Of a stretch of 64,000 nucleotides of DNA, positions 43,032 to 52,272 are shown piece by piece. This stretch comes from Pelagomonas calceolata. Lineage: Eukaryota. Under the pieces are notes generated by a model. It made no database searches. It was not told where the DNA came from and saw only the letters and a program-made list of their open reading frames with translations. The stretch spans positions 5,022,001-5,086,000 of the forward strand of contig CAKKNE010000004.1 of the NCBI GenBank assembly GCA_918797485.1, written 5' to 3'. A program made the position numbers and the translations under genes. Numbering within the stretch: the stretch's first letter is position 1; each line of letters opens with the position of its first letter.

Positions 43032-44230
43032 ATGCCCGACACGCCCTTCAAGCACCTCGCCACCCAGGCCTTCGACGAGGTCTGGGAGGATCGAGCCATC
43101 CGCTTCGACGCCCCCGTCCGGCAGCTCGAGGCGCGGCCGGGCGAGCGGGTCGCGGACAGCGTGAACTCGGTCGAGGACTCGAAGGGGGGCAACGGGGAAC
43201 GTGGCGCGTTGATCGTGAGCACCCTGCGGCTCTCGTGGGTGTCCCACAAGAACTCGCGGAAGAACCTGAGCATCGGGTGGGCGACCGTCGCCCACCTGCA
43301 GATAAAAAAGACGAAAAGCAAGCTGCGGGGGAACACGAAGGCGCTGCACGTCGCGACGCGCTTCGAGGGCTCGCGGTTCGAGTTCGTGTTCACGTCGCTC
43401 GTCCAGCACGCGCCCAAGCTGTTCGCGACGGCGCTGCAGGTGCACAAGGCGTACGAGTCGACGAAGCTGTACCGCGACCTGAAGCTGCGCGGGAGCGTGG
43501 TCAGGGAGGGCAAGCTCAACCTGCTGCCGCACGAGGAGGTCTTCTCGCAGCGCAAGGGCGTCTGGAACCTGAGCGCGGAGCAGGGCAACCTGGGGTCGTT
43601 CTTCGTGACCAACGTCCGGCTCGTCTGGCACGCGCAGAACGCCGAGAACTTCAACGTCTCCATCCCCTACATGCAGATGGCCGAGGTGCGCGTGCGGGGC
43701 TCGAAGTTCGGGCCCGCGCTCGTGGTGCAGACGACGAAGTCGAGCGGCGACTACGCGCTCGGGTTCCGGGTGGACCCCGAGGACCGGTCGGGCCCGGCGC
43801 GCGAACTTTTGGGCGCGGGGCGCCCGGCCCACCGGGTGACGCGCGCGCAGGCTGGGCGAGGTGATGCAGGAGATCACGTCGCTCCACCAGATCTACGCGC
43901 AGGAGCCCGTCTTCGGCGTGGACGTGTCCGTGAAGAAGGAGGCGCTCGAGGCGGCCGCCGAGGAGCGCGGACCCGTGCGGAAATCAGCCGGCGCGGGCCG
44001 CGCCGGTTCGGACTCGAGCGTCGCGCAGGCGAAAACGCATCGAGGACGACGTCGAGATCGTGGGCGGCGGCGGCGAGGACCACGACGCCGTCGTGGCCGC
44101 CTACTACGCGGACGCCGGGCGCAAGTCCGAAAAAAACATCGTGTACGACCCCCATTTGGGCCTGGCGATCGAGGAGCTCCCGCCCGGGGTCACCACGAAG
44201 TCGCTGTGGGAGCTCACGTTTTATGATTAA
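43032..44230 (+). CDS. BBS5: Bardet-Biedl syndrome 5 protein (BBSome); introns 43787-43850 and 43965-44028
   Basis: WEDRAIRFD, VEDSKG.NGERG, RFEFVFT, LYRDLKLRG, GVWNLSAEQGNLG, SKFG.ALV, LGLAIE.LPPG. Confidence 0.95.
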
Positions 44231-44676
44231 GTTTTCTGTCGTTTTTGATTCTGCTCCCGGAGTTGCGCGAGCTCCTCCTTCAGCGCCTCGACTTCCGCCG
44301 CCTCCGCGGCCCTCCGTTTCGCGGCTGCGTTGCGCTCCCGCGCCGCGGCGAGCTCCGCGCGCAGTCTCGCGACCTCGGACGAGCCGGATGCGGGCGCCTC
44401 GTCCTCGCTCTCGCTCTCGCTCTCGCTCTCGGAGGAGCTGGCCGCCGCGGCCGCGGGCGCGCTCGCCTCGGACTCGGACTCGGACTCGGACTCGCTCTCC
44501 GAGGACGCGGCGGCGGCGACCGTCGCAGACGCTGCTGGCGCTGCTGGCGCCGCGCCGCCGTGCGAGAACTTGCACTTGTCGCCGTTGCGGCAGCCGGCGG
44601 GCGTGCCGTAGAAGGCGCAGGCAGCATAGGGCTCGGCGGCGTTGGCGTAGAGCTTGTATTTTTTTATGCGCACCAT
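44227..44676 (-). CDS. Small CCCH zinc-finger protein with SE repeats
   Basis: CAFYGTPAGCRNGDKCKFSH. Confidence 0.8.
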   Translation of the reverse strand: MVRIKKYKLYANAAEPYAACAFYGTPAGCRNGDKCKFSHGGAAPAAPAASATVAAAASSESESESESESEASAPAAAAASSSESESESESEDEAPASGSSEVARLRAELAAARERNAAAKRRAAEAAEVEALKEELAQLREQNQKRQKT

Positions 44677-44918
44677 TTGCTAACTATGTTATTTATCTCC
44701 GTTAGAGTATACCGTGGGTAACCCACCCTCTTGCGCACTGCAATGGGTGGTGCTACAAGTACAGGGTGCGACCGGGTGGTGCAGCTCCAGCCGTAGTAGC
44801 AGGCAAAAGGCAAAAGAGAGACACACTAGGATTCACTCGTCGCGGCCTCGAGTCTGTCGGGGAAAGTCACATTTATGCGCGCGGGAAGGATGGGGAAGGG
44901 CGCGCGCGCGGAGTGACG

Positions 44919-45116
44919 CTAGGCCGAGCCCGAGTACGTCGTGTCGGGCGTCACGGCCAGCTTCTTCATCTGCACCGACGACTTCGGGTCCAGCGTCGCC
45001 GGGTCCAGCGTGGGCACCGCGCTCCAGACGCTCTTGCCCGAGTTCTTCTGCACGACGACGTACGTGAGGCCGCCGCAGCAGAACACGAGGCCGATGAGGT
45101 ACACCACGGACTGCAG
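44919..45116 (-). pseudogene. Orphan 3' fragment encoding a TM helix and tail
   Basis: QSVVYLIGLVFCCGGLTYVVVQK...YSGSA*, fused head-to-head to the next fragment. Confidence 0.5.
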
Positions 45117-45569
45117 TGGACGGGCGAGGAGTGCCAGGCCGGCGACGCGGGCCTGCCGGCCGCGTGCGCGCCGCCGCCGCCGACGCCCGCGCCGACGAAG
45201 GAGTTCCCGACGTGCGGCGTGCGCATCAGCCTCGGCAACGGGGCTGGCTTCCATTGCGAAGATGATCCCTCGGCGACGGAGCACGCCGGCAAGAAGATCG
45301 TCTTCGCGTGCTGCGACGCCGACATGCGTTACAGCACGTGCACGCGGGCGGATGCGGACGGCGAGTGCTACGCGGGTTTCCTGAATCCGGTATCGAATTT
45401 CGCGCCGAAGACGTGGCACGAGGCCACGAACGTGTGCGCGGCCGAAGGCAAGGTCCTCTGCGGCGTCGAGCAGCCGTGCATGAACAAGGGGTGCCACTAC
45501 AACGGTCACTACCAGTGGACGGGCGAGGAGTGCCAGGCCGGCGACGCGGGCCTGCCGGCCGCGTGCTGA
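45114..45569 (+). pseudogene. 3' fragment of Cys-rich repeat protein (paralogue of 22391-22860)
   Basis: Starts mid-repeat at QWTGEECQAGDAGLPAACA, followed by one full 12-Cys unit. Confidence 0.6.
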
Positions 45570-45681
45570 TCTACCGCCCACTTTCTCCTTCCCCTACCAG
45601 GCTACCACTACTCTAGAATCTCGCAAATGGTGTAAGAAACTGTATATTTTCATCCAACGAAACACACATTCGTATGGATAC

Positions 45682-46838
45682 CTACGAAAATTCCCGGTTC
45701 GCGGCCACCGCCACGAACTTCACCGTCCCGATCCGATACCCCACGATCATCAGCAGGATGGCCACCGCTCCCCGCGCCGTCCTGATCCCGGTCCGCATCA
45801 GTCCCCGCAAAGATCGCCAGCGCAGCGCGCTCCGGAAGACGGCGGGCCAGAATGGGGCGATGTTCCGCGTCCAATCCTCGACCACGATCTTCGACGAGGC
45901 GAAGCCCGGTTGTTTGCCGAACAAAGACCGGTAGTCCGCGCCGGAGCACCACTTCGGCAGATAATAGCAGTAGTTGATGGCCCCTAGGACCGCTCGCTCG
46001 ACGCGGCCCAACCGCTTATCGGGCTCGAGGTCGCGGTGGCACCAGGTGACCTGCGTGGGCATCGAACATGACGCTGGCGCCGACGGGCGTCGACGGCGAA
46101 GACGCCGCGCGCCACGCAGCTGACGGCGCCGCCCGGCGCGCAGAGCCGCGCGAGCTCCTCGACGAACCTGGGCTTGTCCGGCATGTGCTCGCCGCTCTCC
46201 AGGGACCACACCAGGTCGAAGGAGCCGTCGGCGAAGGCCGTGCTCGTCGCGTCCTCGGCCTTCAGGGTGACGTTCAGGCCCTGCGAGAGCTCGTTGCCCC
46301 GCGCCGCTTGCTTCGGCGACAACGTCAGGCCCACGACGTCCGCGCCGTACTTCCTCGCAATGTACCGCGACGAGCCGCCGACGCCGCACCCGACGTCCAG
46401 CACGCGCAGGCGGCGCCCGTCCCGCCTGCACCGGGCGGCCACGCCGTCCGCGCCGCAGAGCTCGAGCGCCTTCTCGATCATGTCGTCCTGCGCCTCGACG
46501 TGGCGCGCGAACGACGCCGGCTTCTCTCCTTCGCGGTAGTACCCATGATGCATGTGCTCCCCCCAGACCTCCTCCCAGATCCCCGAGCTCTCGTCGTAGA
46601 ACTCGCCGATCCCCCGCTTGAGCTGCGCGTCCGTGCGCGCCTGCACCCGCCCGCCCAGACGTCGACGGCCTTCGGGTACTCGACCCAGCCTGTGTGTTGC
46701 ACGATGAGCCTCGCGGCCGCGCGCCACCGTCGGCGCGACGGGCTGGACACTGCATTCATGCCAGTAATGTTGCGGCGCGCGCGGCGGCGCGAAGGCCTGG
46801 CACAGTGCTGGCAGGTAGAGCAAGCGGTGCATCGGCAT
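45682..46838 (-). CDS. VTE4: Gamma-tocopherol methyltransferase-like, plastid-targeted; introns ~46641-46724 and 46051-46115
   Basis: CQA-FAP presequence; FYDESSGIWEEVWGEHMHHGYY, LDVGCGVGG, WSLESGEHMPDK, VTWCHRD. Confidence 0.88.
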
Positions 46839-47453
46839 CGGTGCAGCGTAACGACGCGCGCAGAGGTGTCCCCCTCGACTTTTGTGAGTTCTAGCGTCTT
46901 AACCTAGTGATCGATAGTATCGCTAAGACAGTAGAAACGCGGCCCGACCCTTGATAACCACAAGAACGGTCCTAGAAGTGTAAGTGTGAGGCCGGTCGCA
47001 ATTATTAGTAGCAAAAACGCCTAGCATCCATAGTTTACACCGCGGCGCGCGGCGTCCTACATCGTCGCGCGTCTTCGGGGCGTTCGGGGCGGCGGGCGCA
47101 TCGGGCGAGGCAACACAACTTCATAAGGCCGTGCGCGACGCGGGGCCGGGGCGCCAGACGCAAAGCTCCCAGACACTGAACAGAACCCGCGCCGCGAGCC
47201 GCGGTCGCGGGCGAGCGCGCCGCCGCCGCGCCGCCGCGGGCCGCGGCGCGCCGGACTCGGAATCGAGACAACTCTCAGGGTGCCCAACTCTCGTCCCGCA
47301 GGTAATCGGTGCGCGAGGTCATGACGGCGATGCGCGTGCTCCGGTTCGTCGTCGCCTCTCTCGACGACGGCGCAGTCGTACAAAAAACCGCATGAATGAA
47401 AAGGTCTCCCGGGTGGCGGCCTTCTTCGACTAGCACCGGAACAACAACCTCAC

Positions 47454-48313
47454 CTAAGGCGGGTACCCCTCAGCGCCGTCGAGAAACGCGACCGCGTGGT
47501 CGACGAACGCCGCCTGGTCCGCCGGCGGAAGGCGGAAGACGCGGTTGACGACGTCGTGCAGGAGCGGCTGCTCGCGATCCGGCCGGTGCGGCGGCTCGAC
47601 GATCGCGACGTCGGACGCCCGAGAGAAGTCCGTGCGGCACGGCGCCACCGCCCAGCGGCAGGTCGGGTGCCGCGCCCCGAACGCGACCGCGGCGTCGCGG
47701 CAGACGCGGGGACAGTGCGCCGGCGAGCTCACGCAAAAGGCGCGCTCCACCTGTGTGGAAATCAAAATTTTACGGCGCGTTCTGAATCGTCGCGTCGACC
47801 TCCACGCCATCGATGCGACTCCTGCTCGATGGCGTGGCGATGCCGGTCCCTCGCCGCTCGACGGAGCCAGGATAGCACCCGACGCACTGGTTGATTTCCA
47901 CACAGCGCTCCACGCCACGCGCGCGGCACAGCTCCGAGAAGCGCTCGAGCTCCTCCCGCGTGTTGAGGGCGTCGTCGAGGACGACCGCGTCGCTTATGAG
48001 CGCGTCGGAGGACGCTCGGGAGTTTCCTTCCCGCAGGCGTCGTAAGATGACGGCACCCTCGGTCTCGCCCGTCTCCTCGTCCGTCGACGCGCCCGAGCCC
48101 ACCACGAACAGGTCCGCCGCCTCCGCTTTGGCCTGTGCGAAATCTGTGTGTCTCGGCCCCCGCGCCGTCCGCTGATTTCGCGCGGATAATTGCCAAATCG
48201 TACCCGTAGGCGACGCGGCCGCCGCCGCCGCCCCACACGACCGTCTCCCAGTTTGGGGCCCTTAGATGGAAGCCGTGCACGAGGACCGCCGTCTTCGCGT
48301 GGCCGCACGCCAT
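47454..48313 (-). CDS. Hypothetical DUF218/YdcF-like protein; introns 48133-48193 and 47751-47913
   Basis: VGSGAS..TEG, ALNTREEL, VSSPAHCPRV; both splices restore frame. Confidence 0.65.
47751..47905 (-). mobile_element. Introner element (155 bp), perfect TIRs and TSD CGCTCCAC
   Basis: CTGTGTGGAAATCA...TGATTTCCACACAG. Confidence 0.95.
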
Positions 48314-48600
48314 CAGGAGCGCGGCCAGAATGTGACGCCGACCTCGCGCACCGCTGCCAGCAGTTCCAAGGCGGCCGGTCGCATGCGCCGGCGCGGCACA
48401 GTAGAGAGCATGATGACCCTGCATCCGTACGCCCCCGTGCCGGGGACACAGCTTGGTTGGTCAGTTGCCTGTCTTACGCACGCGTGCTCGCATGCGCTTT
48501 TTACAAAGTGCGCCAGCATGGAGCTAGCGGCGGTAAGACACTAGGCGACAAAGCGCTAGTGCACAGGCTTCCCTGCCGTCCCTGCAGGCTCATTCAGCCC

Positions 48601-49524
48601 ATGAAAATCGCGGCCTGCCTCGCCGCCGCGTGCGCGCTGGCAGGGCGCCCGCCGCGCCGCAGGACATCCGTCGGCACGAAGCGAAGACCGACCACCAAGG
48701 CTCCCCTGGTGGCGCCGCCCACCTTCGTCGCCGCGACGATCTGCCGGGCGCAGGAAACGAACGAAGACGCGTTTTCGCCGCTCGCGGTGCCGGAGCGCTG
48801 CCGCGGCGCCGAGGCGGCGACGCGGCCGTGGTTCAAACACGTCGGCCTCGACACCCTCTTCCCGGGCGCCGGGCTGGGCGAGGTGTTCGACGAGTCGTCA
48901 GAATTCCGGGCAGCGCTGCGGCGCGCGGCGCGCGAGGACCGCTGCGACACGAGCTCCCCGGTCCGCTTTGATATGACCTCTTCGGCGCAAGGGTCGTGGT
49001 TTTCGCGCCGGCCCGCGGCCGCAACGCACGGCGTGCTGAGGGAGGCGCTCGGCGCGAGCGCGCCGACCGGCGACGAATTCTACGCCAAAATAGGCGGATT
49101 GACGCTGGACGGCGTCGCGCCGCGGACGGGCCACTTCATCGACATCGTCGGCGGCCCCGGCAGTAGGCGGCTGGCGCGCTACGCGTGGCACCAAGATCGC
49201 GGGGGGGACACGGAGGCGGTGACCGTGATGCTCGGCTTTCCCGCGGCGAGCCGACAACGCGGCTGCGGCGTGTTCTCGCACGTCTCTCCGCTGTCTCATC
49301 TGGTGGTCCACGAGGCGGACGCGGAGCGCGACAACTCGCGGCCGCGGGAGTTCTCGGACGAGCGGGGCGAGCGCCGGTTCCTCGACGTCGACGCGATCCC
49401 CGAGGCCTCGATCGTGCGGCCCGGCTACGGCCGGGGCCGCGAGCTGATCGTCTACAGCGACGCTCGCGTGGTCCACTCGGCGCCGGACGCGATCCACCGC
49501 GAGAGTCTGTGGCGGTTCATGTGA
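48601..49524 (+). CDS. Hypothetical protein, possibly a 2OG-Fe(II)-type fold
   Basis: Signal-like N-terminus; WHQD...VVHSAP. Confidence 0.6.
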   Translation: MKIAACLAAACALAGRPPRRRTSVGTKRRPTTKAPLVAPPTFVAATICRAQETNEDAFSPLAVPERCRGAEAATRPWFKHVGLDTLFPGAGLGEVFDESSEFRAALRRAAREDRCDTSSPVRFDMTSSAQGSWFSRRPAAATHGVLREALGASAPTGDEFYAKIGGLTLDGVAPRTGHFIDIVGGPGSRRLARYAWHQDRGGDTEAVTVMLGFPAASRQRGCGVFSHVSPLSHLVVHEADAERDNSRPREFSDERGERRFLDVDAIPEASIVRPGYGRGRELIVYSDARVVHSAPDAIHRESLWRFM

Positions 49525-49575
49525 CGGTGTACTCATAAAGTGAGAAAGTATTAAATCCGGGCCGACGGCGGGTCC

Positions 49576-50895
49576 CTAGAGCTCCGACTTCACGGACTCG
49601 GCCTCCGCGTGCTCCTTGATGTACGCCACCATCGAGTCGACGTCGCGGTCGCCGTCGTAGGACGTCGTCTTGCCCGAGGCCGTCTTGAAGATGAGCGTCG
49701 GGTAGCCCTGGACGTCGTAGCCGTCCGGCGGGCTGTTCGCCGTCGCGTCCATGGCGCCGACGACGACGTCCGCGGAGGCGAGCCGCGTCCCGAGCTCCTT
49801 GTAGGTCGGCTTGAGCGCCTGGCAGTGGCCGCACCAGGGCGCGTAGAACTCGAGCATCGCGTCCTTGCCGTCGGTCTCGTCGGCGAAGTTGGCGTCCGTG
49901 AGCACCGTGACGTCCGACTCCTCGTAGTCCGAGTCGTCCGCCTCCCCGGACGCGTCGTGGTCGTCGTCGTAGCTCGGCTCCTCCTTGATCTTCGGCTCGA
50001 GCGCGCCGTCGACGACGGCCTGGGCGAACTTCCGGACGTTGTCCACGTTGAACTTGTCCTCCATCCGGTAGTACTTGTTGCCGTCCTTGGCGCCCACGCC
50101 GACGTCCTTCTTCGCCGGCAGCTCGATGCCGTAGTCCTCGAGCTGGTAGGAGAAGTCCTCCTTGTCCCCGATGTTGAAGGAGAGCTTGCCCACGTAGTCC
50201 GCGGCCACCTTCCGCAGGCGGTTCGCGAAGTAGTCGAAGCCCTTGGCGTTCTTCTCGAGGTCGATGGCGGCGAACAGCGTCACGACCGGCACGCCCTGCT
50301 TGTCGTACCGCTCGCCCGACTTCCACGTCTTCTGCCCCACGAGCGGCACGCTCCGCTTGAAGATGAACTTCTTCAGCGCCTCGGCGTCGAGCTTGGCCGA
50401 CGGGTAGCGCGCGCGCTTCTTGTCCACGCCCTCCTTGACGAAGCGCGGCGGCGCGTAGATGAGCACCGCCGGGCCCTTCTGCAGCTTGGCGGCGGTCCGC
50501 GCCGCCTCGTCGGTGACCAGCGCGAAGCGGAAGTCGTAGCGCGAGCCCTCGGCGACCTCCTCGTACACCTTCTGCTGGTCCGCGTCGCGGTCCGCGTCGA
50601 AGAAGCCCACGACGGCCGGCTCCGTCTCGTCCTGGTTCACGAACTCCGCGATGCCGTCGAAGGACTCGACCGTCTCCCAGGCCGGGGTCGGGTCGCCGCC
50701 GCCGCCGTACTCGTCGTCGCCGTAGCCGCCGCCGTAGCCCCCGCCGCCGTAGTCCCCCACGTCGCCGTAGTCGCCGTCGTAGTCGTCGCCGCCGAAGTCC
50801 TCGCCGTCGGCCTCCGCCAGGTCCTCCTCGTCGGCGAACGCGGGCTGCGCGTTCTGCGCGGCCAGCAGCGCCACGACCCAGAGCTTCGTCAACAT
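49576..50895 (-). CDS. Protein disulfide isomerase family (b-b'-a' type)
   Basis: Signal peptide, EFYAPWCGHC, MDATAN, VQGYPT, C-terminal KSEL. Confidence 0.92.
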   Translation of the reverse strand: MLTKLWVVALLAAQNAQPAFADEEDLAEADGEDFGGDDYDGDYGDVGDYGGGGYGGGYGDDEYGGGGDPTPAWETVESFDGIAEFVNQDETEPAVVGFFDADRDADQQKVYEEVAEGSRYDFRFALVTDEAARTAAKLQKGPAVLIYAPPRFVKEGVDKKRARYPSAKLDAEALKKFIFKRSVPLVGQKTWKSGERYDKQGVPVVTLFAAIDLEKNAKGFDYFANRLRKVAADYVGKLSFNIGDKEDFSYQLEDYGIELPAKKDVGVGAKDGNKYYRMEDKFNVDNVRKFAQAVVDGALEPKIKEEPSYDDDHDASGEADDSDYEESDVTVLTDANFADETDGKDAMLEFYAPWCGHCQALKPTYKELGTRLASADVVVGAMDATANSPPDGYDVQGYPTLIFKTASGKTTSYDGDRDVDSMVAYIKEHAEAESVKSEL

Positions 50896-51489
50896 CGTCG
50901 CCGCGCCGCGTCGACCTGCGCGGCGGCGGCGACCGCTGGCGTCCCCCGTGCCCGGCTCTCTCGCGCGCATCTCTCGCGACGGCCAGCCCGGCGCCCCACT
51001 GCACGTCGGATCGCTCGTCGTTTTTTTCGGGTCACCTCGCCGAGCTCATTTTTTGCAGCAGAATGCATGCAAAAAAGATGGCAAGGATGTGCAAAACTGT
51101 AAATATGGCGCCGGGCATGATACCTGGCACTGTGGAGGCACTAGCACGATGCGGTAGCTCCGCGTGTCCGCTCGAAATCTCGCAGGGCTAGCTAGTGTAC
51201 TAACATACTAGAATCTTCGCCTGAGCCTGAGCCATCGGGACGAGTCCCCTGGGGCGGGGAGGGGTCCCGCAAAACCGTTTTGGGCTTAAAACATGCTAGG
51301 CTAGGGGGGTGCCGACGCGCGCGGTTCTGCTTGAAAGGAGGTATGCTGTCATGAAAAACGCGCCCGCAGCCGATGAACGCGGTCTCTCCCCCCCAGCCCT
51401 GGGCAGGGGCTCCGCTCACTCGTCCTAGCACCGTAACAATACCTTCTGGCTAAGCCTTTCCTCCTCACTTATACAATTTACTCTTCGAA

Positions 51490-51963
51490 CTACGTCTTCA
51501 GCAGCGCGTCGTGGAGCCGCTTGGCCCGCGGTCGCAGCTCGTCGATGCGCCGGTTGATGTTTTTGCGCTCGGCCCGCGCAACGCTCTTGCCGCTGTTGAG
51601 CTCGGCCGTACTGACGGCGTCGACTTTTGTCGCCTGGAGCTTGTCGAGGTCGCCCACGATCTGGCGCACGCTTCCGAGCGCAGCGAGGCGGTCCGCGTCG
51701 TCGGGCGCGCCGACCATTTTTTCGAGATCAACCAGCAAATTCTCGAGTTTGTCCACCTCGCCGACCAAGCCGTCGAGCGTTGATAACGCATTCTTGGACA
51801 GCACGCTGAACTGGCGCTCGCCGCGCACAGGGTCGAACGCCGCCGCGGAGGCATCGAGTCGCTGAAGCGAACTTCCTTCCTCGCGCTGCGGAAGGGACAG
51901 TGGCGCGCCCTCCTCCCGGTCCACCACGCGGTGCTTTTGGCGGTAGGCGTCGGCTGGACGCAT
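51490..51963 (-). CDS. BAG-domain-like protein
   Basis: KVDAV..ELNSGK..ARAERKNINRRIDEL. Confidence 0.55.
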   Translation of the reverse strand: MRPADAYRQKHRVVDREEGAPLSLPQREEGSSLQRLDASAAAFDPVRGERQFSVLSKNALSTLDGLVGEVDKLENLLVDLEKMVGAPDDADRLAALGSVRQIVGDLDKLQATKVDAVSTAELNSGKSVARAERKNINRRIDELRPRAKRLHDALLKT

Positions 51964-52123
51964 CCTACGGCCGTCTACACGCGAGAAAGTTTTGAATCAC
52001 TACAGCTAATAGATTTAAACTACCGGTAGGCTCGCGCGTCCCGTGGCCTCTCCCTCTCCCAGACTGCTGCTTGCTAGCGCCTGTAAGACACTAGAGTTGC
52101 AGGCTTGCAGCCGTCGGCAAGCC

Positions 52124-52248
52124 CAAGAGTGCGACTATCAGAGACCTCGCTGCTACAAGAGTGCGACTATCAGAGACCTCGCTGCTGCAAGAGTGCGACT
52201 ATCAGAGACCTCGCTGCTGCAAGAGTGCGACTATCAGAGACCTCGCTG
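52124..52248. repeat. Minisatellite, ~4 x 32 bp CAAGAGTGCGACTATCAGAGACCTCGCTGCT(A/G)
   Basis: Units at 52124, 52156, 52188 and 52220; no spacers. Confidence 0.97.
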
Positions 52249-52272
52249 TGACGAATGCGCGCAACCTGCGCA

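Noticed and set aside
47035..47433. Small ORFs between VTE4 and the DUF218-like gene
   Set aside because: No consistent frame or motif could be supported
2234..47918. Recurrent peptides WLISTQ, CVEINQC and [12 protein letters not shown] as a protein domain
   Set aside because: They are translations of introner DNA, not a conserved domain
52124..52248. 32-bp repeats resembling a CRISPR array
   Set aside because: Units are contiguous with no unique spacers, there are no cas genes, and the context is eukaryotic
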